Assembly (NCBI GenBank): GCA_051439605.1
Contig: JBFRWN010000075.1
Coordinates: 1 to 64,000, forward strand
Reading direction: 5' to 3'
DNA: 64,000 nt
From: Synechococcus sp.
Lineage (GTDB): Bacteria; Cyanobacteriota; Cyanobacteriia; Thermostichales; PCC-7336
Below, piece after piece: positions 49,120 to 61,390 of this stretch; position 1 is the first letter of the stretch; each line of letters opens with the position of its first letter. A program made the position numbers and the translations under genes. The notes beneath the pieces were generated by a model, which worked only from the letters and a program-made list of their open reading frames with translations, was not told the DNA's origin and did no database searches.

Positions 49120-51024
49120 ATGCTTGCCGACTCAGTCACATTTCTAGATTCCTATGACGTCATTGTGGTGGGGGCAGGCCATGCAGGATGCGAGGCAGCA
49201 CTGGCCTCCGCCCGTCTTGGGGCACGGACGTTGATGCTCACCCTTAATCTCGACAAAATAGCCTGGCAACCCTGCAATCCCGCTGTAGGGGGGCCTGCCA
49301 AATCCCAACTCGTGCACGAAATCGATGCGCTGGGGGGAGAAATGGCTAAAGTGACAGACCGCACCTACCTGCAGCGCCGCGTCCTCAATCGTTCGCGGGG
49401 GCCAGCGGTGTGGGCGCTACGGGCGCAAACCGACAAACGGGAATATGCGTCAGAAATGCGTCAAGTAGTGGAAAACCAGGAGAATCTCACCCTGAGGGAA
49501 GGGATGGTCACCGACATTATCCTGGGTGGCAATGACAATATTGTCGGCGTGCAAACCTATTTCGGTACCGCCTACGGCTGCAATGCCGTCATCCTCACCA
49601 CCGGTACTTTTCTGGGGGGACGCATTTGGGTGGGGCCAAAATCTATGGCTGCCGGACGTGCGGGGGAATTTGCCGTAGAGGGGCTCACAGAAACCCTCAA
49701 TCAACTGGGATTCGAAACCGATCGCCTTAAAACCGGCACCCCTGCCCGTGTCGATCGCCGCACAGTGGATTTCAGAAAAATGGAGCCCCAGCCTGGGGAC
49801 AGCGAGCAGCGCTGGTTCAGCTTCGACCCCGCCGCCTGGATAGAACGGGAGCAACTGTGCTGTCACCTCACCCGCACCACCCAAGTTACCCACCAGCTGA
49901 TTCGCGAGAACCTCCATCTCACCCCTATTTATGGTGGCTTCGTTGACGCCAAAGGGCCGCGTTACTGCCCCAGCATCGAAGACAAAATCGTCCGGTTTGC
50001 CGACAAAACTAGCCACCAGATCTTTATCGAACCCGAGGGGCGAAACATTCCCGAACTCTATATCCAAGGATTCTCCACCGGCCTGCCAGAAAACCTACAG
50101 CTGCAACTACTGCGCACGCTACCTGGGCTGGAACAATGCGACATGCTGCGACCCGCCTACGCGGTCGAATACGACTATATTCCCGCCACCCAATGCTTCC
50201 CCACGATGATGACTAAGTCTGTCGAGGGGCTGTTTTGCGCGGGACAAATCAACGGCACCACTGGGTATGAGGAAGCTGGTGCCCAAGGTCTGGTGGCCGG
50301 CATTAACGCTGCCATGCTGGCAGCGGGCAAGCCCATGCATGTCTTGCCCCGCGAGGGCAGCTACATCGGCACACTGCTGGATGACCTCTGTACCAAAGAA
50401 TTGCGAGAACCCTACCGCATGCTCACCAGCCGGTCGGAATATCGCCTCATTCTCAGGTCCGATAATGCCGATCGCCGGCTCACCCCTCTAGGACGCGAAA
50501 TCGGTCTCGTTGACGACCGTCGGTGGGAATTGTATTCCAGGAAGCAGGCGGCTATCTCTGGAGAGATCGAGCGGCTAGAAAAGCAGCGGGTCAAAGGGCA
50601 CGATCCGAAAGGCATTGCCTTAAGCGAGATTACTGGACAGGGCATCAAAGGGTCCGCCACCTTGGCAGAGTTGCTGCGACGTTCCGGCTTGCACTACCGC
50701 CATCTGGACGAACAGAACTTGGGGGATACCTCCCTGAGCGATATCGAAAAAGAATCCGCCGAAATTGCCGTCAAATACCGGGGATATATCGCACGGCAGA
50801 AAACCCAAATTGAACGGATGGCCAAACAGTACAACCGATCGCTTCCGGCAAACATTGACTACAGTGCAATCGAAACGCTGTCGAAAGAAGCCCGAGAGAA
50901 GCTGGGCTCGGTGCGCCCAATGACCTTGGGGCAAGCTGCCCGCATTGGGGGAGTTAATCCCGCCGACATTAATGCTTTGTTGGTTTACCTAGAGATCGAG
51001 CAGCGCAAAGTGGCCATCCCCTAA
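49120..51024 (+). CDS. mnmG: tRNA uridine-5-carboxymethylaminomethyl(34) synthesis enzyme
   Basis: [36 protein letters not shown] and [13 protein letters not shown]. Confidence 0.97.
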   Translation: MLADSVTFLDSYDVIVVGAGHAGCEAALASARLGARTLMLTLNLDKIAWQPCNPAVGGPAKSQLVHEIDALGGEMAKVTDRTYLQRRVLNRSRGPAVWALRAQTDKREYASEMRQVVENQENLTLREGMVTDIILGGNDNIVGVQTYFGTAYGCNAVILTTGTFLGGRIWVGPKSMAAGRAGEFAVEGLTETLNQLGFETDRLKTGTPARVDRRTVDFRKMEPQPGDSEQRWFSFDPAAWIEREQLCCHLTRTTQVTHQLIRENLHLTPIYGGFVDAKGPRYCPSIEDKIVRFADKTSHQIFIEPEGRNIPELYIQGFSTGLPENLQLQLLRTLPGLEQCDMLRPAYAVEYDYIPATQCFPTMMTKSVEGLFCAGQINGTTGYEEAGAQGLVAGINAAMLAAGKPMHVLPREGSYIGTLLDDLCTKELREPYRMLTSRSEYRLILRSDNADRRLTPLGREIGLVDDRRWELYSRKQAAISGEIERLEKQRVKGHDPKGIALSEITGQGIKGSATLAELLRRSGLHYRHLDEQNLGDTSLSDIEKESAEIAVKYRGYIARQKTQIERMAKQYNRSLPANIDYSAIETLSKEAREKLGSVRPMTLGQAARIGGVNPADINALLVYLEIEQRKVAIP

Positions 51025-51289
51025 CTGCCTTCTTCTCACTAGTCAATCGACGGCAATCGACACTAAGTCACTCCATCTCGGCGAGACAGAGCATTATGGA
51101 AAAATAGATGCCGAGGAACAAAAACCTAACAGCAATAGCTCGCTCCTGTACCGAATACTGCGCTAGACTTGCGATCGCTCATATTAGGAAAGGGGGAACC
51201 CTCCCCTTAATGCGACTCATTGCGTAGGCTAGACTGAGTGCCAACTCGCATAGCCTAAGTCCAAACTCGAATCCCATCCACACAACCCG

Positions 51290-52018
51290 ATGACTCAAGA
51301 AGAGAAAAAGCCAGTTCCACCCAACGCTGCATATCCCGAACTTGAGGACGATGACGAACTCAACGAGGCCGAGCTGGAAGAACTCATTCAAGCTGTATCC
51401 GAACCAGAGGCCAACGGTGCAGTGGCTCAAACGTCTGAGGACCCCAAGGTCGCCGAAGTTGCCAGCCTCAAGGGAGAGGTAGAAGCCCTCAAACATCAAC
51501 TGAGCGAAAAAGACGAAAACTATAAGCGCATGTACGCTGACTTCGATAACTTCCGCAAGCGCACGGCGCGGGAGAAAGTGGAGCTGGGCGAGCGGCAAAA
51601 GCAAAAATCTATCTTGGAAATTCTCCCAATTGTAGATAACTTCGAACGGGCTCAGCAGGCAATCAAAGTAGAAACCGACAAGGAAAACGCTATCCACGAG
51701 AGCTACCAGAGTGTCTATCGCTTGCTGGTGGAATCTCTCAAAAAAATGGGGGTCTCCCGTATGAAAACAGTTGGGGAAAGCTTTAATCCCAACCTGCACG
51801 AAGCCATGCTGCAGCAACCCTCCTCCGACCACTCTGAGGGCATCATACTGAACGAATTTCAGCCTGGTTACCTCCTAGGAGAAACAGTATTGCGTCACGC
51901 CATGGTGATTGTAGCCAGCGCTCCGGAAGGGGTAGAGCACCAACCCGCAACGGCTGATACAGAACCAGAAGCTGTTGGAGAAAGTGAAGATGTCAACTCT
52001 ACTCATGAACAGGGGTAA
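51290..52018 (+). CDS. grpE: Nucleotide exchange factor GrpE
   Basis: ADFDNFRKR, LPIVDNFERA, FNPNLHEA and GY..LRHAMV. Confidence 0.95.
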   Translation: MTQEEKKPVPPNAAYPELEDDDELNEAELEELIQAVSEPEANGAVAQTSEDPKVAEVASLKGEVEALKHQLSEKDENYKRMYADFDNFRKRTAREKVELGERQKQKSILEILPIVDNFERAQQAIKVETDKENAIHESYQSVYRLLVESLKKMGVSRMKTVGESFNPNLHEAMLQQPSSDHSEGIILNEFQPGYLLGETVLRHAMVIVASAPEGVEHQPATADTEPEAVGESEDVNSTHEQG

Positions 52019-52229
52019 GCTTGGCTTGGTCTGAGTAGGATAGCGGGTGCAGTCCCTTTACCCTTCGCAGAATTTCAACTGACCTACTCGATACCTTTTC
52101 GATGAGGTTATGACGGCGAAAGCCTGAATCGAACTCTGTGAGTCGCTGGTTCTACCACAGTTATTAGCGGCTTTCACCAATATTTAACCTTTACACTACC
52201 TTGCTACCCAGCATCTGCTTGAGTGAACT

Positions 52230-54044
52230 ATGGGCAAAGTCATTGGTATCGATCTTGGCACCACCAACAGCTGTGTAGCTGTTCTAGAAGGCGGTCAACC
52301 TGTCGTGATTGCCAGTTCAGAAGGTGGTCGCACGGTACCCAGCATTGTTGGGTTTACCAAAAATGGCGAACGCCTAGTCGGTCAACTGGCCAAGCGCCAA
52401 GCAGTGACCAATGCAGAGAATACCGTTTTCAGTATCAAGCGATTCATCGGTCGCCGTTGGGAAGAAACCGCACCAGAGCGAAGTCGCGTCCCTTACAACA
52501 CCATCCGTGGTCGAGATGATACTGTCGAAGTCGCTATTCAAAATCGCTCTTTCACCGCACAAGAACTCTCCGCCATGATCCTGCAAAAGCTCAAGCAGGA
52601 TGCAGAAAACTATTTGGGTGAAGAGGTCACTCAAGCAGTGATTACAGTACCGGCTTACTTTAGCGACGCTCAGCGACAGGCCACTAAAGATGCAGGGACA
52701 ATCGCGGGCCTCGAGGTGTTACGGATCATTAACGAACCCACCGCTGCCTCTTTGGCCTATGGCTTAGATAAGCAAGATACCGAGCAATTTATCTTGGTGT
52801 TTGACCTCGGCGGAGGCACCTTCGATGTGTCTGTGCTTCAGCTTGGGGATTCTGTTTTCGAGGTGAAAGCAACCTCTGGAAATAACCACCTGGGGGGGGA
52901 TAATTTTGACGAGCGCTTGGTGGAATATCTGATCGAACGGTTCAAAGAGGAAGAGTCCATCGACTTGAGCAAAGACCGCATGGCCTTACAGAGGCTGCGA
53001 GAGGCAGCAGAGAAAGCCAAGGTAGAGCTCTCTACAGCCACCACAACGTTGATTAACCTTCCCTTCATCACTGCAGATGACAATGGTCCCAAACATCTAG
53101 AAATGGAGCTCCTACGTTCCCAATTTGAAGAACTTGTCAAAGATTTAGTCCAGGGCACGATGGAGCCCACCCAACAAGCTTTGGAAGATGCAGGCATCAC
53201 TGTCGATCGCATCGATCGCGTCATTCTGGTTGGAGGATCCACTCGCATTCCCGCCGTACAACAGGCGATTCAAAATTTTTGTGCAGGACAATCCCCGGAT
53301 CGCTCCGTCAACCCTGATGAAGCGGTGGCTTTGGGGGCAGCCATCCAAGCAGGTGTCATGGGGGGGGAAGTCAAAGATCTGCTCCTGTTGGACGTTACTC
53401 CTTTATCGATGGGGATTGAAACTTTAGGTGGCGTGTTTACTCGCATTATCGAACGAAATACCACCTTGCCCACCAGCAAAACCCAGGTTTTTTCCACCGC
53501 TGCCGATAACCAGACTGTAGTAGAAATTCACGCCCTTCAAGGGGAGCGGTCGATGTCGAAAGACAATAAGACCCTTGGGAAGTTTCAGCTGACCGGTATT
53601 CCTCCAGCCCCCCGCGGAGTCCCTCAGATTGAAGTGGCCTTCAATATCGATGCCAACGGCATTTTAGATATCTCCGCCCGCGACAAAGGCACTAATATGG
53701 AGCAAAGCATCACCATCAGCAATACCGGTGGTCTCAGCTCGATGGAAGTTGAGCGCATGCGTCAGGAGGCACTAGCCTATGCCGAAGAAGACCGCGGTCG
53801 TCAACGATTAGCCGATGCCCGCAACCAAGCAGATGGTCTCCTCTACAACTACGATGCCACCATTGCCAATAACGGTAGCCTGCTGGAGCCAGCCCTCAAA
53901 TCCCGTTTGGAATCCGCCGCGATTAAGCTCAAAGAGATGATTAGCGGAGATGGTGTTCAAATGGCCGAGCTTGAACAGTCAATGGATCGATTGCGCTCAT
54001 TGCTATCAGATGCAGGGGCCGTAATTTTTAGCCCCGATCGCTAA
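52230..54044 (+). CDS. dnaK: Hsp70 chaperone DnaK (short C-terminus)
   Basis: [30 protein letters not shown] and [11 protein letters not shown]. Confidence 0.97.
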   Translation: MGKVIGIDLGTTNSCVAVLEGGQPVVIASSEGGRTVPSIVGFTKNGERLVGQLAKRQAVTNAENTVFSIKRFIGRRWEETAPERSRVPYNTIRGRDDTVEVAIQNRSFTAQELSAMILQKLKQDAENYLGEEVTQAVITVPAYFSDAQRQATKDAGTIAGLEVLRIINEPTAASLAYGLDKQDTEQFILVFDLGGGTFDVSVLQLGDSVFEVKATSGNNHLGGDNFDERLVEYLIERFKEEESIDLSKDRMALQRLREAAEKAKVELSTATTTLINLPFITADDNGPKHLEMELLRSQFEELVKDLVQGTMEPTQQALEDAGITVDRIDRVILVGGSTRIPAVQQAIQNFCAGQSPDRSVNPDEAVALGAAIQAGVMGGEVKDLLLLDVTPLSMGIETLGGVFTRIIERNTTLPTSKTQVFSTAADNQTVVEIHALQGERSMSKDNKTLGKFQLTGIPPAPRGVPQIEVAFNIDANGILDISARDKGTNMEQSITISNTGGLSSMEVERMRQEALAYAEEDRGRQRLADARNQADGLLYNYDATIANNGSLLEPALKSRLESAAIKLKEMISGDGVQMAELEQSMDRLRSLLSDAGAVIFSPDR

Positions 54045-54232
54045 TGCTAGAACGCTTATTATTGTTTGACCCCTATTCTTTGACGGATTAAGGTGGCCGG
54101 GGGTTTGACGAGGGGAGATACAATTATTAACAGAATGACGGGTTAGCCCTACGCTAGCGCCGATTTACGAGCGCGATTACCCTTCGCCCATTCATTTTCA
54201 ACTGTCCACTTTGTCTGGTTTAGAGACTGTCT

Positions 54233-55360
54233 ATGGCCCGCGACTATTACGAACTCCTGGGAGTATCCCGCAATAGTTCTAAAGAAGACATCAAGCGTGG
54301 TTTTCGACGGCTAGCCCGCAAGTATCACCCGGATGTCAATAAAGAACCGGATGCGGAAGACAAATTTAAAGAAATTAATCGCGCTTACGAAGTGCTGTCA
54401 GATCCGCAGCTCAAGGCTAGATACGACCAGTTTGGTGAAGCGGGGGTCAGTGCCGGAGCCGCAGGTGGACCTGGTGGCTTCCAGGATATGGGAGATATGG
54501 GCGGATTTGCCGATATCTTCGAAAGCTTTTTCACCAATTTTGGTGGGGCCACCACCTCTGGACGGCGACGCTCGGGACCCGTTCGCGGAGACGATCTGCG
54601 CTTTGACCTCAAGCTCGATTTTCTCGAAGCAGTCTTTGGGGGGGAAAAGCAAATTCGCATCAGTCATCTAGAGGTTTGCGAGGTCTGCAATGGTAGCGGA
54701 GCCCAAGAAGGAACGGGCCCTACCACTTGTCCCACTTGCGGTGGAGCAGGTCAAGTGCGTCGGGCCACCCGCACCCCCTTTGGCAGCTTTACCCAACTGA
54801 CCGTTTGCCCCACTTGCAGCGGTTCTGGAGAGGTAATCGAAGACTTCTGCGACAACTGTGGCGGTCAGGGCTTGGTGCAGTCCAACAAGAAGCTCAGAAT
54901 TACCATCCCCCCCGGTGTAGACAGTGGCACTCGCTTGCGGGTGTCTGGGGAAGGGGATGCAGGCCGTCGAAAGGGACCAACGGGCGATTTGTACGTCTAC
55001 CTGTTTATCGAGCCAGATGAGACCTTCCAGCGGGATGGCATTAATATCCTCTCCGAGGTACACGTCAGCTACCTACAGGCCATTTTGGGGGCAACCCTAG
55101 CAATTCCCACGGTCGATGGAGATGAAGAATTGACTATCCCTGCTGGGGCGCAGCCGGGGGATGTGTTGCGCCTAGAGGATAAGGGAGTACCTAAACTCGG
55201 CAACTCTGTTGCCCGAGGGGATCATCTCATTACCCTCGTGGTGGAAATCCCCAAAAAGGTGGATGCCGAAGAACGGGAGATACTCGAACAGTTGGCAGAG
55301 TTGCGTGGAGAAGAAACCAATAAGGGGGGCGGTCGCTTTTTAGGAGGGCTGTTCCGATAA
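54233..55360 (+). CDS. dnaJ: Chaperone DnaJ
   Basis: HPD J-domain, G/F region and four CxxCxGxG repeats. Confidence 0.97.
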   Translation: MARDYYELLGVSRNSSKEDIKRGFRRLARKYHPDVNKEPDAEDKFKEINRAYEVLSDPQLKARYDQFGEAGVSAGAAGGPGGFQDMGDMGGFADIFESFFTNFGGATTSGRRRSGPVRGDDLRFDLKLDFLEAVFGGEKQIRISHLEVCEVCNGSGAQEGTGPTTCPTCGGAGQVRRATRTPFGSFTQLTVCPTCSGSGEVIEDFCDNCGGQGLVQSNKKLRITIPPGVDSGTRLRVSGEGDAGRRKGPTGDLYVYLFIEPDETFQRDGINILSEVHVSYLQAILGATLAIPTVDGDEELTIPAGAQPGDVLRLEDKGVPKLGNSVARGDHLITLVVEIPKKVDAEEREILEQLAELRGEETNKGGGRFLGGLFR

Positions 55361-55415
55361 GCATCATGCAGATGGAAACCATCCAACCCATTAAACTGGG
55401 GGGAGTTAGACACTA

Positions 55416-55667
55416 ATGACCCCCATGGATTTACGGGGCGTTCCTTGCCCGCTAAATTTTGTGCGCACGAAGCTGCAGTTAGAAAAACTGGCGGTGGGCG
55501 ATCGCCTGGAAGTCTGGTTAGATGCCGGAGAACCGATCCAGCAGGTGCCCACCAGCCTAGAGGTGGCAGGCCATCAAGTTGTATCCCTTGTACAGCAGCC
55601 AGAGGGCTATTTCCAACTCATTGCCAAACGGGGGGGCGAGCGACCGACCGAGGCAGGCTGCTCGTGA
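55416..55667 (+). CDS. TusA/SirA-like sulfurtransferase family protein
   Basis: DLRGVPCPLNFV. Confidence 0.88.
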   Translation: MTPMDLRGVPCPLNFVRTKLQLEKLAVGDRLEVWLDAGEPIQQVPTSLEVAGHQVVSLVQQPEGYFQLIAKRGGERPTEAGCS

Positions 55668-56764
55668 CTGTGTCTATCCCCGCAGCTGTGGATATCCCTG
55701 AAGATGCAATTGTGGGCACCGTCTTAGCAGTGCAAGCCAATTTTTATCGGGTCAGCCTGAATCAATCGCAGGACTATCCCTCTCCAGAGCTGCTCTGCAC
55801 CCGGAGGGCGCGACTTAAGAAAATGGGCCAAAAGGTGGCTGTGGGAGATCGCGTCTGCGTGGAGCATCCCCAGTGGAACAGCCAGCGGGGGGCGATCGCC
55901 TCCGTGATGCCCCGAGAAACCTTTTTATCGAGACCACCGGTGGCCAACGTCCAGCAAGCCATCATTGTTTGTGCTCTCAAAGAACCCGAGCCAGAGCCCA
56001 TACAGTTAAGCCGCTTTTTGGTGCAGGCATCCGCCAGCGGTCTAGAAATTCAGGTGTGTTTGAACAAATGCGACTTGCTGTCTCCAAAAGAACAGGAAAG
56101 CTGGCGATCGCGGCTGGTGGATTGGGGGTATGACCCACTGTTACTCAGCACCGTTGATGGCACCGGACTTGAAGAGTTGCGCCAACGCTGTGCTGGCAAA
56201 ATCTCTGTGCTGGCAGGGGGATCTGGCGCTGGAAAATCCAGCTTATTAAATGCTCTCATTCCAGGGTTAAAACTGCGCACGCAGCCTGTATCGGGTCGTC
56301 TTCAACACGGTCGGCACACTACCCGACACGTGGAGCTATTTGACCTATCCAGCGGCGGTTGGATTGCCGATTCTCCTGGGTTTAACACCCTAGAACTGGA
56401 CGCCTGCGATTCGAAGACCTTAATTCAGCATTTCCCCGAAATCAGTCATGCGGGGGAATGCCAGTTTGCGAACTGTAGCCATACCTCAGAACCAGGATGT
56501 GCCATTAAGGCCTTGGACTGGGAGCGGTACGAGCATTACCGGCAATTTTTAGAGGAAGTCTTGGAACGGGAGGCAAAAGAGCGGGATATGACTACTGTCG
56601 ACCCTTCCGTAAAGATAAAAAGTCGCCGGGGAGCTAAAGTCGCAGAACCGCGCTTGGCCAGCAAATACCGTCAGGAGTCGCGCCGCTCTCGAAGGCAGCA
56701 AATGCAATTCATGAGGGGTGACATCGACACCCTCATGCAGTCGGAAGAGTTTGATGATAATTAG
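55664..56764 (+). CDS. rsgA: Small ribosomal subunit biogenesis GTPase
   Basis: NKCD, GGSGAGKSS, GRHTTR, DSPG and CQFANCSH..EPGC. The GTG start overlaps the upstream TGA. Confidence 0.93.
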   Translation: MTVSIPAAVDIPEDAIVGTVLAVQANFYRVSLNQSQDYPSPELLCTRRARLKKMGQKVAVGDRVCVEHPQWNSQRGAIASVMPRETFLSRPPVANVQQAIIVCALKEPEPEPIQLSRFLVQASASGLEIQVCLNKCDLLSPKEQESWRSRLVDWGYDPLLLSTVDGTGLEELRQRCAGKISVLAGGSGAGKSSLLNALIPGLKLRTQPVSGRLQHGRHTTRHVELFDLSSGGWIADSPGFNTLELDACDSKTLIQHFPEISHAGECQFANCSHTSEPGCAIKALDWERYEHYRQFLEEVLEREAKERDMTTVDPSVKIKSRRGAKVAEPRLASKYRQESRRSRRQQMQFMRGDIDTLMQSEEFDDN

Positions 56765-56843
56765 CAGCCAAACATAGTACGCTTTGGTGCTGGTCGAGAA
56801 CGGTACCTACGTAGAAAACACTGTTTCAAAGAACAGCCAATTC

Positions 56844-57692
56844 CTAAAGTTGGCGAATCCCCGCAGCCAACCCGCGACACACTCCCGCCAAGAAATCTAG
56901 ATCGATGGTTTCTATTCTGTCGCTGGCCCGATGATAGTGAGGATTTCGCATATTGGCTGTATCGGTCACCATCACTGCACGATATCCCTCATCCCAAAAT
57001 GAAGCGTGGTCGCTTCGGCGTGTATCGGGAATCAATCGCCCCCTTTGGCCGGCAGGTAGCCACTCGCAGGGCACCCCTTGCTGGCGCATCGCGCGGCTAA
57101 GAGTAATCAAATCCAGTAGAGTTGCCCAGTTGCCGATCAGAGCGATAAAGTCCCCTTGCGATGGATAAAAATATTTGAGGCCATCAGGATACTGTTGCGA
57201 CCTAGGTGTCGCATCGCGGTATCCCAGCATTTCTAAAGAGAACATCAGACGCAGAGGTTGCTGCTGCTGTTTTAACTCAGCAGCATAGTGACGGCTACCC
57301 AGCAAGCCGAATTCCTCCATGTCGAACGCAATCAGCCGCACGGGTGACCTAGCGGGTTCGGTCGTCAAAAGTCGCGCTAGCTCCAGCAACACCGCAACTC
57401 CCGTGGCATTATCATCTGCTCCAGGCGAACCTGGAACGGCATCGTAGTGAGCGCCAATCAAGATTGGTGGCAGTTGGCGATTGCCCTCTCCCGGTTCAGA
57501 AGGAAGATTGAGAATGAGATTTTGATAGGTTTCCTCCTCACCCCCAAAGCGATCGATTGCAACAGATCCCCATTGTCCGAAATGTTTCCTGATATAGTGA
57601 CGCACGTAAAAGTGTCCCCACGAAGCAAAGTAGGGATCGCGCTCGCGCGCTACTTCAGCTAAATGTCCTCTCAAGCGCTCTTTTAAGTCCAA
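56844..57692 (-). CDS. M28 family metallopeptidase
   Basis: IGAHYD, PGADDNATG, EE, LEMLG, RSDH and HYH. Confidence 0.9.
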   Translation of the reverse strand: MDLKERLRGHLAEVARERDPYFASWGHFYVRHYIRKHFGQWGSVAIDRFGGEEETYQNLILNLPSEPGEGNRQLPPILIGAHYDAVPGSPGADDNATGVAVLLELARLLTTEPARSPVRLIAFDMEEFGLLGSRHYAAELKQQQQPLRLMFSLEMLGYRDATPRSQQYPDGLKYFYPSQGDFIALIGNWATLLDLITLSRAMRQQGVPCEWLPAGQRGRLIPDTRRSDHASFWDEGYRAVMVTDTANMRNPHYHRASDRIETIDLDFLAGVCRGLAAGIRQL

Positions 57693-57860
57693 TGTTCGTG
57701 GCCTAGATCGAACTTGCTAATGGTAGGCTAACAGTCTCATCAGGAGTCAGGTCTCGACAAAGATGATTTGGTCAAGGATTGAGGCTTTGAGAATAAACAG
57801 AAAGTGTTGTCTAAGTTTAACCAGGAATTGAAACGCCTATTATTGAGGGAGTTTGCAGAA

Positions 57861-58442
57861 ATGCAAAAAATCTTTCCAGCAATTGCGATCGCAAGTTTAA
57901 CAATAGTGGGATGCACGATAGCGGATCGGCCAAGCACCGAAATCCCGTCTATGACGCAGGAATATAAAGAAGCCGACAATCAAACTGTTAAGTTTTCGGA
58001 CGGTTCCCTCGAGCTAGAGTTTCCGACTGGATGGTATGAAAACGAGAGCAAACATCCCTACGATCTCCAGTATTTCTCAGGCAATCAACGCATGAATACC
58101 GGCGTATTTTTGTACAAGTCAGAAGATTTAGCCGAAGTTTCAACCCCTGAGAATGTTTTTGAATGGCAAATTGATGATTTGAGATCGAATCGGAAGAATT
58201 TTACGATTGTAGAACCTATAGAAACAGAAGCTCTTCCGGACAAAAACATTACCACCGCAGTCTATGCCGGAGAAAAGGATATTTCGAGATTTCACTATAA
58301 GTTATCCTTGGTTGAATTCGCGGAAAGTTCCGAGCAATTCCTAGTGACAATTCAAGTCGCAATTCCTAGCGAATGGGATACAAGCAAACCAATTCTTGAA
58401 GGCATTATTCGTTCCGCCAAACTTAGCTCGGCAAGAATGTAA
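57861..58442 (+). CDS. Hypothetical lipoprotein (possible PsbP/DcrB-like fold)
   Basis: IVGC lipobox and LEFPTGW. The gene is more AT-rich than its neighbours. Confidence 0.65.
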   Translation: MQKIFPAIAIASLTIVGCTIADRPSTEIPSMTQEYKEADNQTVKFSDGSLELEFPTGWYENESKHPYDLQYFSGNQRMNTGVFLYKSEDLAEVSTPENVFEWQIDDLRSNRKNFTIVEPIETEALPDKNITTAVYAGEKDISRFHYKLSLVEFAESSEQFLVTIQVAIPSEWDTSKPILEGIIRSAKLSSARM

Positions 58443-58521
58443 ATTGTTTTCCCGTCTGCTTAGATATTTAGGAAATTCCACCGGGGCGTCCCTGGCCAGG
58501 AAACGACGATCGCCATTGGCC

Positions 58522-60054
58522 CTACAACCTTCGCCACCGACGTCCATCCTTATTCAATAACTCTTCTGCAGCAGCCGGTCCCCAGGTACCTGCCTCGTAC
58601 TGACTCACCTTGTGCACCACTTCCGGATTTTCCCAATCCGTCAACACCGGCGTCACCACCCGCCAAGCCGCCTCCACCTCGTCAGAGCGCATAAACAAGG
58701 TCTGATCTGCCAACATGCTGTCCAGTAACAGGCGATCGTAAGCATCGGCCGTCTTGGTCCCAAAAGACGACCCGTAGCGGAAATCCATATCCACCGATCG
58801 CGTCAAAATATCCGGCCCAGGCATCTTGGCCTCGAAACGCAGCGAAATCCCCTCGTTGGGCTGAATGCGCATGACCAGCACGTTGGGGCTTAGCTGCTGG
58901 GCTGCTGACTCGAATAGCAAGAGGGGAACCTCTCGGAAAAAGATAGCAATTTCAGAGACTTTTTTGGGCAATCGCTTGCCAGTTCTGAGATAAAACGGCA
59001 CCCCCTGCCAGCGCCAATTGTCACACAGCATTTTCACCGCCACAAAAGTGGGTGTGCCGGATTCGGGATGGACGTCTGGTTCAGTCAGATAGCCTGGCAC
59101 CTGTTTGCCTGACATCCAACCGCTTGAGTATTGCCCTCTGACCGCGCATTCGGCAATATTGCGCGGACTGGCAACTCGGGTGGCTTGCACCACTTTCACC
59201 TTTTCGTTTCTCACCCCATCGCTAGCCAGCGAAATCGGGGGCTCCATGGCCGCTAGGGCATACAACTGCATGAGGTGGTTTTGCAACATATCTCGCAGCG
59301 CCCCAGAGCTGTCGTAGTAGCCCGCCCGCTCCTCAACACCCACCGTTTCTGCCACCGAAATTTGCACGTGATCGATGTAGTTGCGGTTCCACAACGGCTC
59401 GAAGATAGCGTTGGCAAACCGGAATACCAACATGTTTTGGACGGTTTCTTTACCCAAGTAATGGTCGATGCGGTACACCTGCTTTTCGTCACAAACCGCA
59501 TTCACCGTCTTATTCAGCTCTTGGGCAGAGGGCAGATCGCGGCCAAACGGTTTTTCCAGCACGATGCGGGTTTTCTCTCTATCCGCAATCATGCCGGTAG
59601 AGGCCAGATTCTCTAGAGCTTGGGAAAACAGACTGGGGGATACGGACAAATAAAAGACGCGATTACCGCGAGTACCCCGTTCGCGATCGAGCTGGCTGAG
59701 TCGGTCGTTCAGCTCGAGGTAGCTATCCCGAGATTTGATATTGAGGGGGAAGTAATGCAAGCGACTGGCAAAATCTGCCCAGACCTGGTCGGGGCCAATG
59801 TCATTGGGGGCAAATTCCTCCACTGCAGCTCGCATTTTTTCCCGATAGACTTCATCCGTCCATTCCCGGCGAGCTAATCCCACAATGGAAAATTCAGGGG
59901 GAAGACGACGAGACTGGAACTGGCGGTAGATGGCGGGGATGAGTTTGCGGGCGGCCAGATCGCCAGAGGCACCAAAAAGGACAAAGATCAGGGGTTGAGG
60001 AACGCGTTCTTGAGTAAGACCAACGCGCAGGGGATTGGGGGCCAGAGCAACCAT
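58522..60054 (-). CDS. zwf: Glucose-6-phosphate dehydrogenase
   Basis: [21 protein letters not shown] and [16 protein letters not shown] 60054 chosen. Confidence 0.97.
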   Translation of the reverse strand: MVALAPNPLRVGLTQERVPQPLIFVLFGASGDLAARKLIPAIYRQFQSRRLPPEFSIVGLARREWTDEVYREKMRAAVEEFAPNDIGPDQVWADFASRLHYFPLNIKSRDSYLELNDRLSQLDRERGTRGNRVFYLSVSPSLFSQALENLASTGMIADREKTRIVLEKPFGRDLPSAQELNKTVNAVCDEKQVYRIDHYLGKETVQNMLVFRFANAIFEPLWNRNYIDHVQISVAETVGVEERAGYYDSSGALRDMLQNHLMQLYALAAMEPPISLASDGVRNEKVKVVQATRVASPRNIAECAVRGQYSSGWMSGKQVPGYLTEPDVHPESGTPTFVAVKMLCDNWRWQGVPFYLRTGKRLPKKVSEIAIFFREVPLLLFESAAQQLSPNVLVMRIQPNEGISLRFEAKMPGPDILTRSVDMDFRYGSSFGTKTADAYDRLLLDSMLADQTLFMRSDEVEAAWRVVTPVLTDWENPEVVHKVSQYEAGTWGPAAAEELLNKDGRRWRRL

Positions 60055-60142
60055 GTTCGAATCTCGCAGTAGGCTGGGGTTTGCAAAAAATGGGATGTTC
60101 AACAGTGAACAGATTAGGAGGTGAAAGAGGCAGCCAGAGTAG

Positions 60143-61201
60143 CTAGCAAGAGGGGCCGGTAGCAGCATGTTTGGCCATGATGTCAGCCACTTCGCTGACG
60201 TTGTCGGCACTGCCAATCACCAGGGGCACCCGTTGGTGCAAGTCAGCGGGGTGAATATCCAGAATGCGCTCGCCCTCTGTCGTAATCGCCCGTCCACCCG
60301 CCTGTTCCAACAAATAGGCCAATGGGGAAGCCTCATACAGCAGGCGCAGTTTCCCTTGGGGTTGGGCAAGCGTACCGGGATAGAGATACACGCCGCCGTA
60401 CATCAAGATGCGATGCACGTCAGCTACCAGCGCACCACTATAGCGGGCGGTGTAACCATCAGTGCGGTGCACGTAGCGGATAAATTCCTGCATTGCCCCC
60501 GCCCACTGGCAGAAGTAGCCTTCGTTAACGCTATAGGTACTACCCCGTTGCGGAGTTCGGATATTCTCTTTCCAAAGGACGAATTCCCCCAAGCTGGGGT
60601 CGAGAATAAACGCGTGCACCCCTTTACCCATCGAGTACACAAACTGAGTGCTAGGTCCGTAGAGGATATATCCCGCCGCCAGTTGCTTGTAACCCGGCTG
60701 AAGCAGGTCTTCGTTGTTATCGACTTCGGTACCTTCTGCCCGAATAATCGAGAAGATTGAGCCGATAGACAGATCGGCATCGATATTAGAGGAGCCGTCG
60801 ATGGGGTCGAACAGAACTGCATAGCGACCTAGAGAACAATTTTCCGGTAGATGGTAGGACTCTTCCATTTCTTCGGACACTAACCGACACACCAGCCCGC
60901 TTTGTTCGATCGCCCGAATAAACGCGCTATTGGCGTATTCGTCCATTTTTTTAACTTCCTCCCCCTGGACGTTGAGGGTACCGGTAACTCCGAGGGTGTT
61001 TTCCACGAGACCGGCTTTGCTGAGATTGCGACCAATCATCTTGCCCGCCAGGCTGATGCGCCGCAAGAGGGTGCTGAAGTCTTGAGCTTCGGGACTGTAG
61101 GTCCCAAAGGATTGAAGGACGTGCCTCGACAGGGTCATAAACCCCTGGTTGAGTTCGCGTTCTGATGAGCTGTCGAGGGCTGTCGGCGCTGAGGCAACCA
61201 T
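60143..61201 (-). CDS. fbp: Class 1 fructose-1,6-bisphosphatase
   Basis: [27 protein letters not shown] and GKLRLLYE. Confidence 0.96.
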   Translation of the reverse strand: MVASAPTALDSSSERELNQGFMTLSRHVLQSFGTYSPEAQDFSTLLRRISLAGKMIGRNLSKAGLVENTLGVTGTLNVQGEEVKKMDEYANSAFIRAIEQSGLVCRLVSEEMEESYHLPENCSLGRYAVLFDPIDGSSNIDADLSIGSIFSIIRAEGTEVDNNEDLLQPGYKQLAAGYILYGPSTQFVYSMGKGVHAFILDPSLGEFVLWKENIRTPQRGSTYSVNEGYFCQWAGAMQEFIRYVHRTDGYTARYSGALVADVHRILMYGGVYLYPGTLAQPQGKLRLLYEASPLAYLLEQAGGRAITTEGERILDIHPADLHQRVPLVIGSADNVSEVADIMAKHAATGPSC

Positions 61202-61390
61202 AAGTCCAAACTCTGCGTGAGGATAAAGAAGCGATCGCTAGGTCTAATGGACATTTCCAGCCTAGCAACTCCTAATATTCATGGTATTCAGGGGGGCTGA
61301 AGGGCTGCTTAAAACCAAGAGAGTTTAAAGGTTTAATTTGGCTTTTTTTCAGCTTTAGCTTTTGCGGGCGCCCCCCCTTCATGCAGTCGC

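Noticed and set aside
51219..51245. CIRCE element upstream of grpE
   Set aside because: Only a right-half-like gagtgccaa is present; the left arm TTAGCACTC is absent at 9-nt spacing.
51179..51832. Long antisense ORFs (e.g. 51179-51832, 49450-50067, 33759-34364, 60167-60760)
   Set aside because: They are shadows of well-supported genes on the opposite strand and have no motifs of their own.
55445..55663. N-terminal extension of rsgA overlapping the tusA-like gene
   Set aside because: GTG at 55664 overlapping the upstream stop gives a normal RsgA; the extension is an alternate frame of the tusA-like gene.
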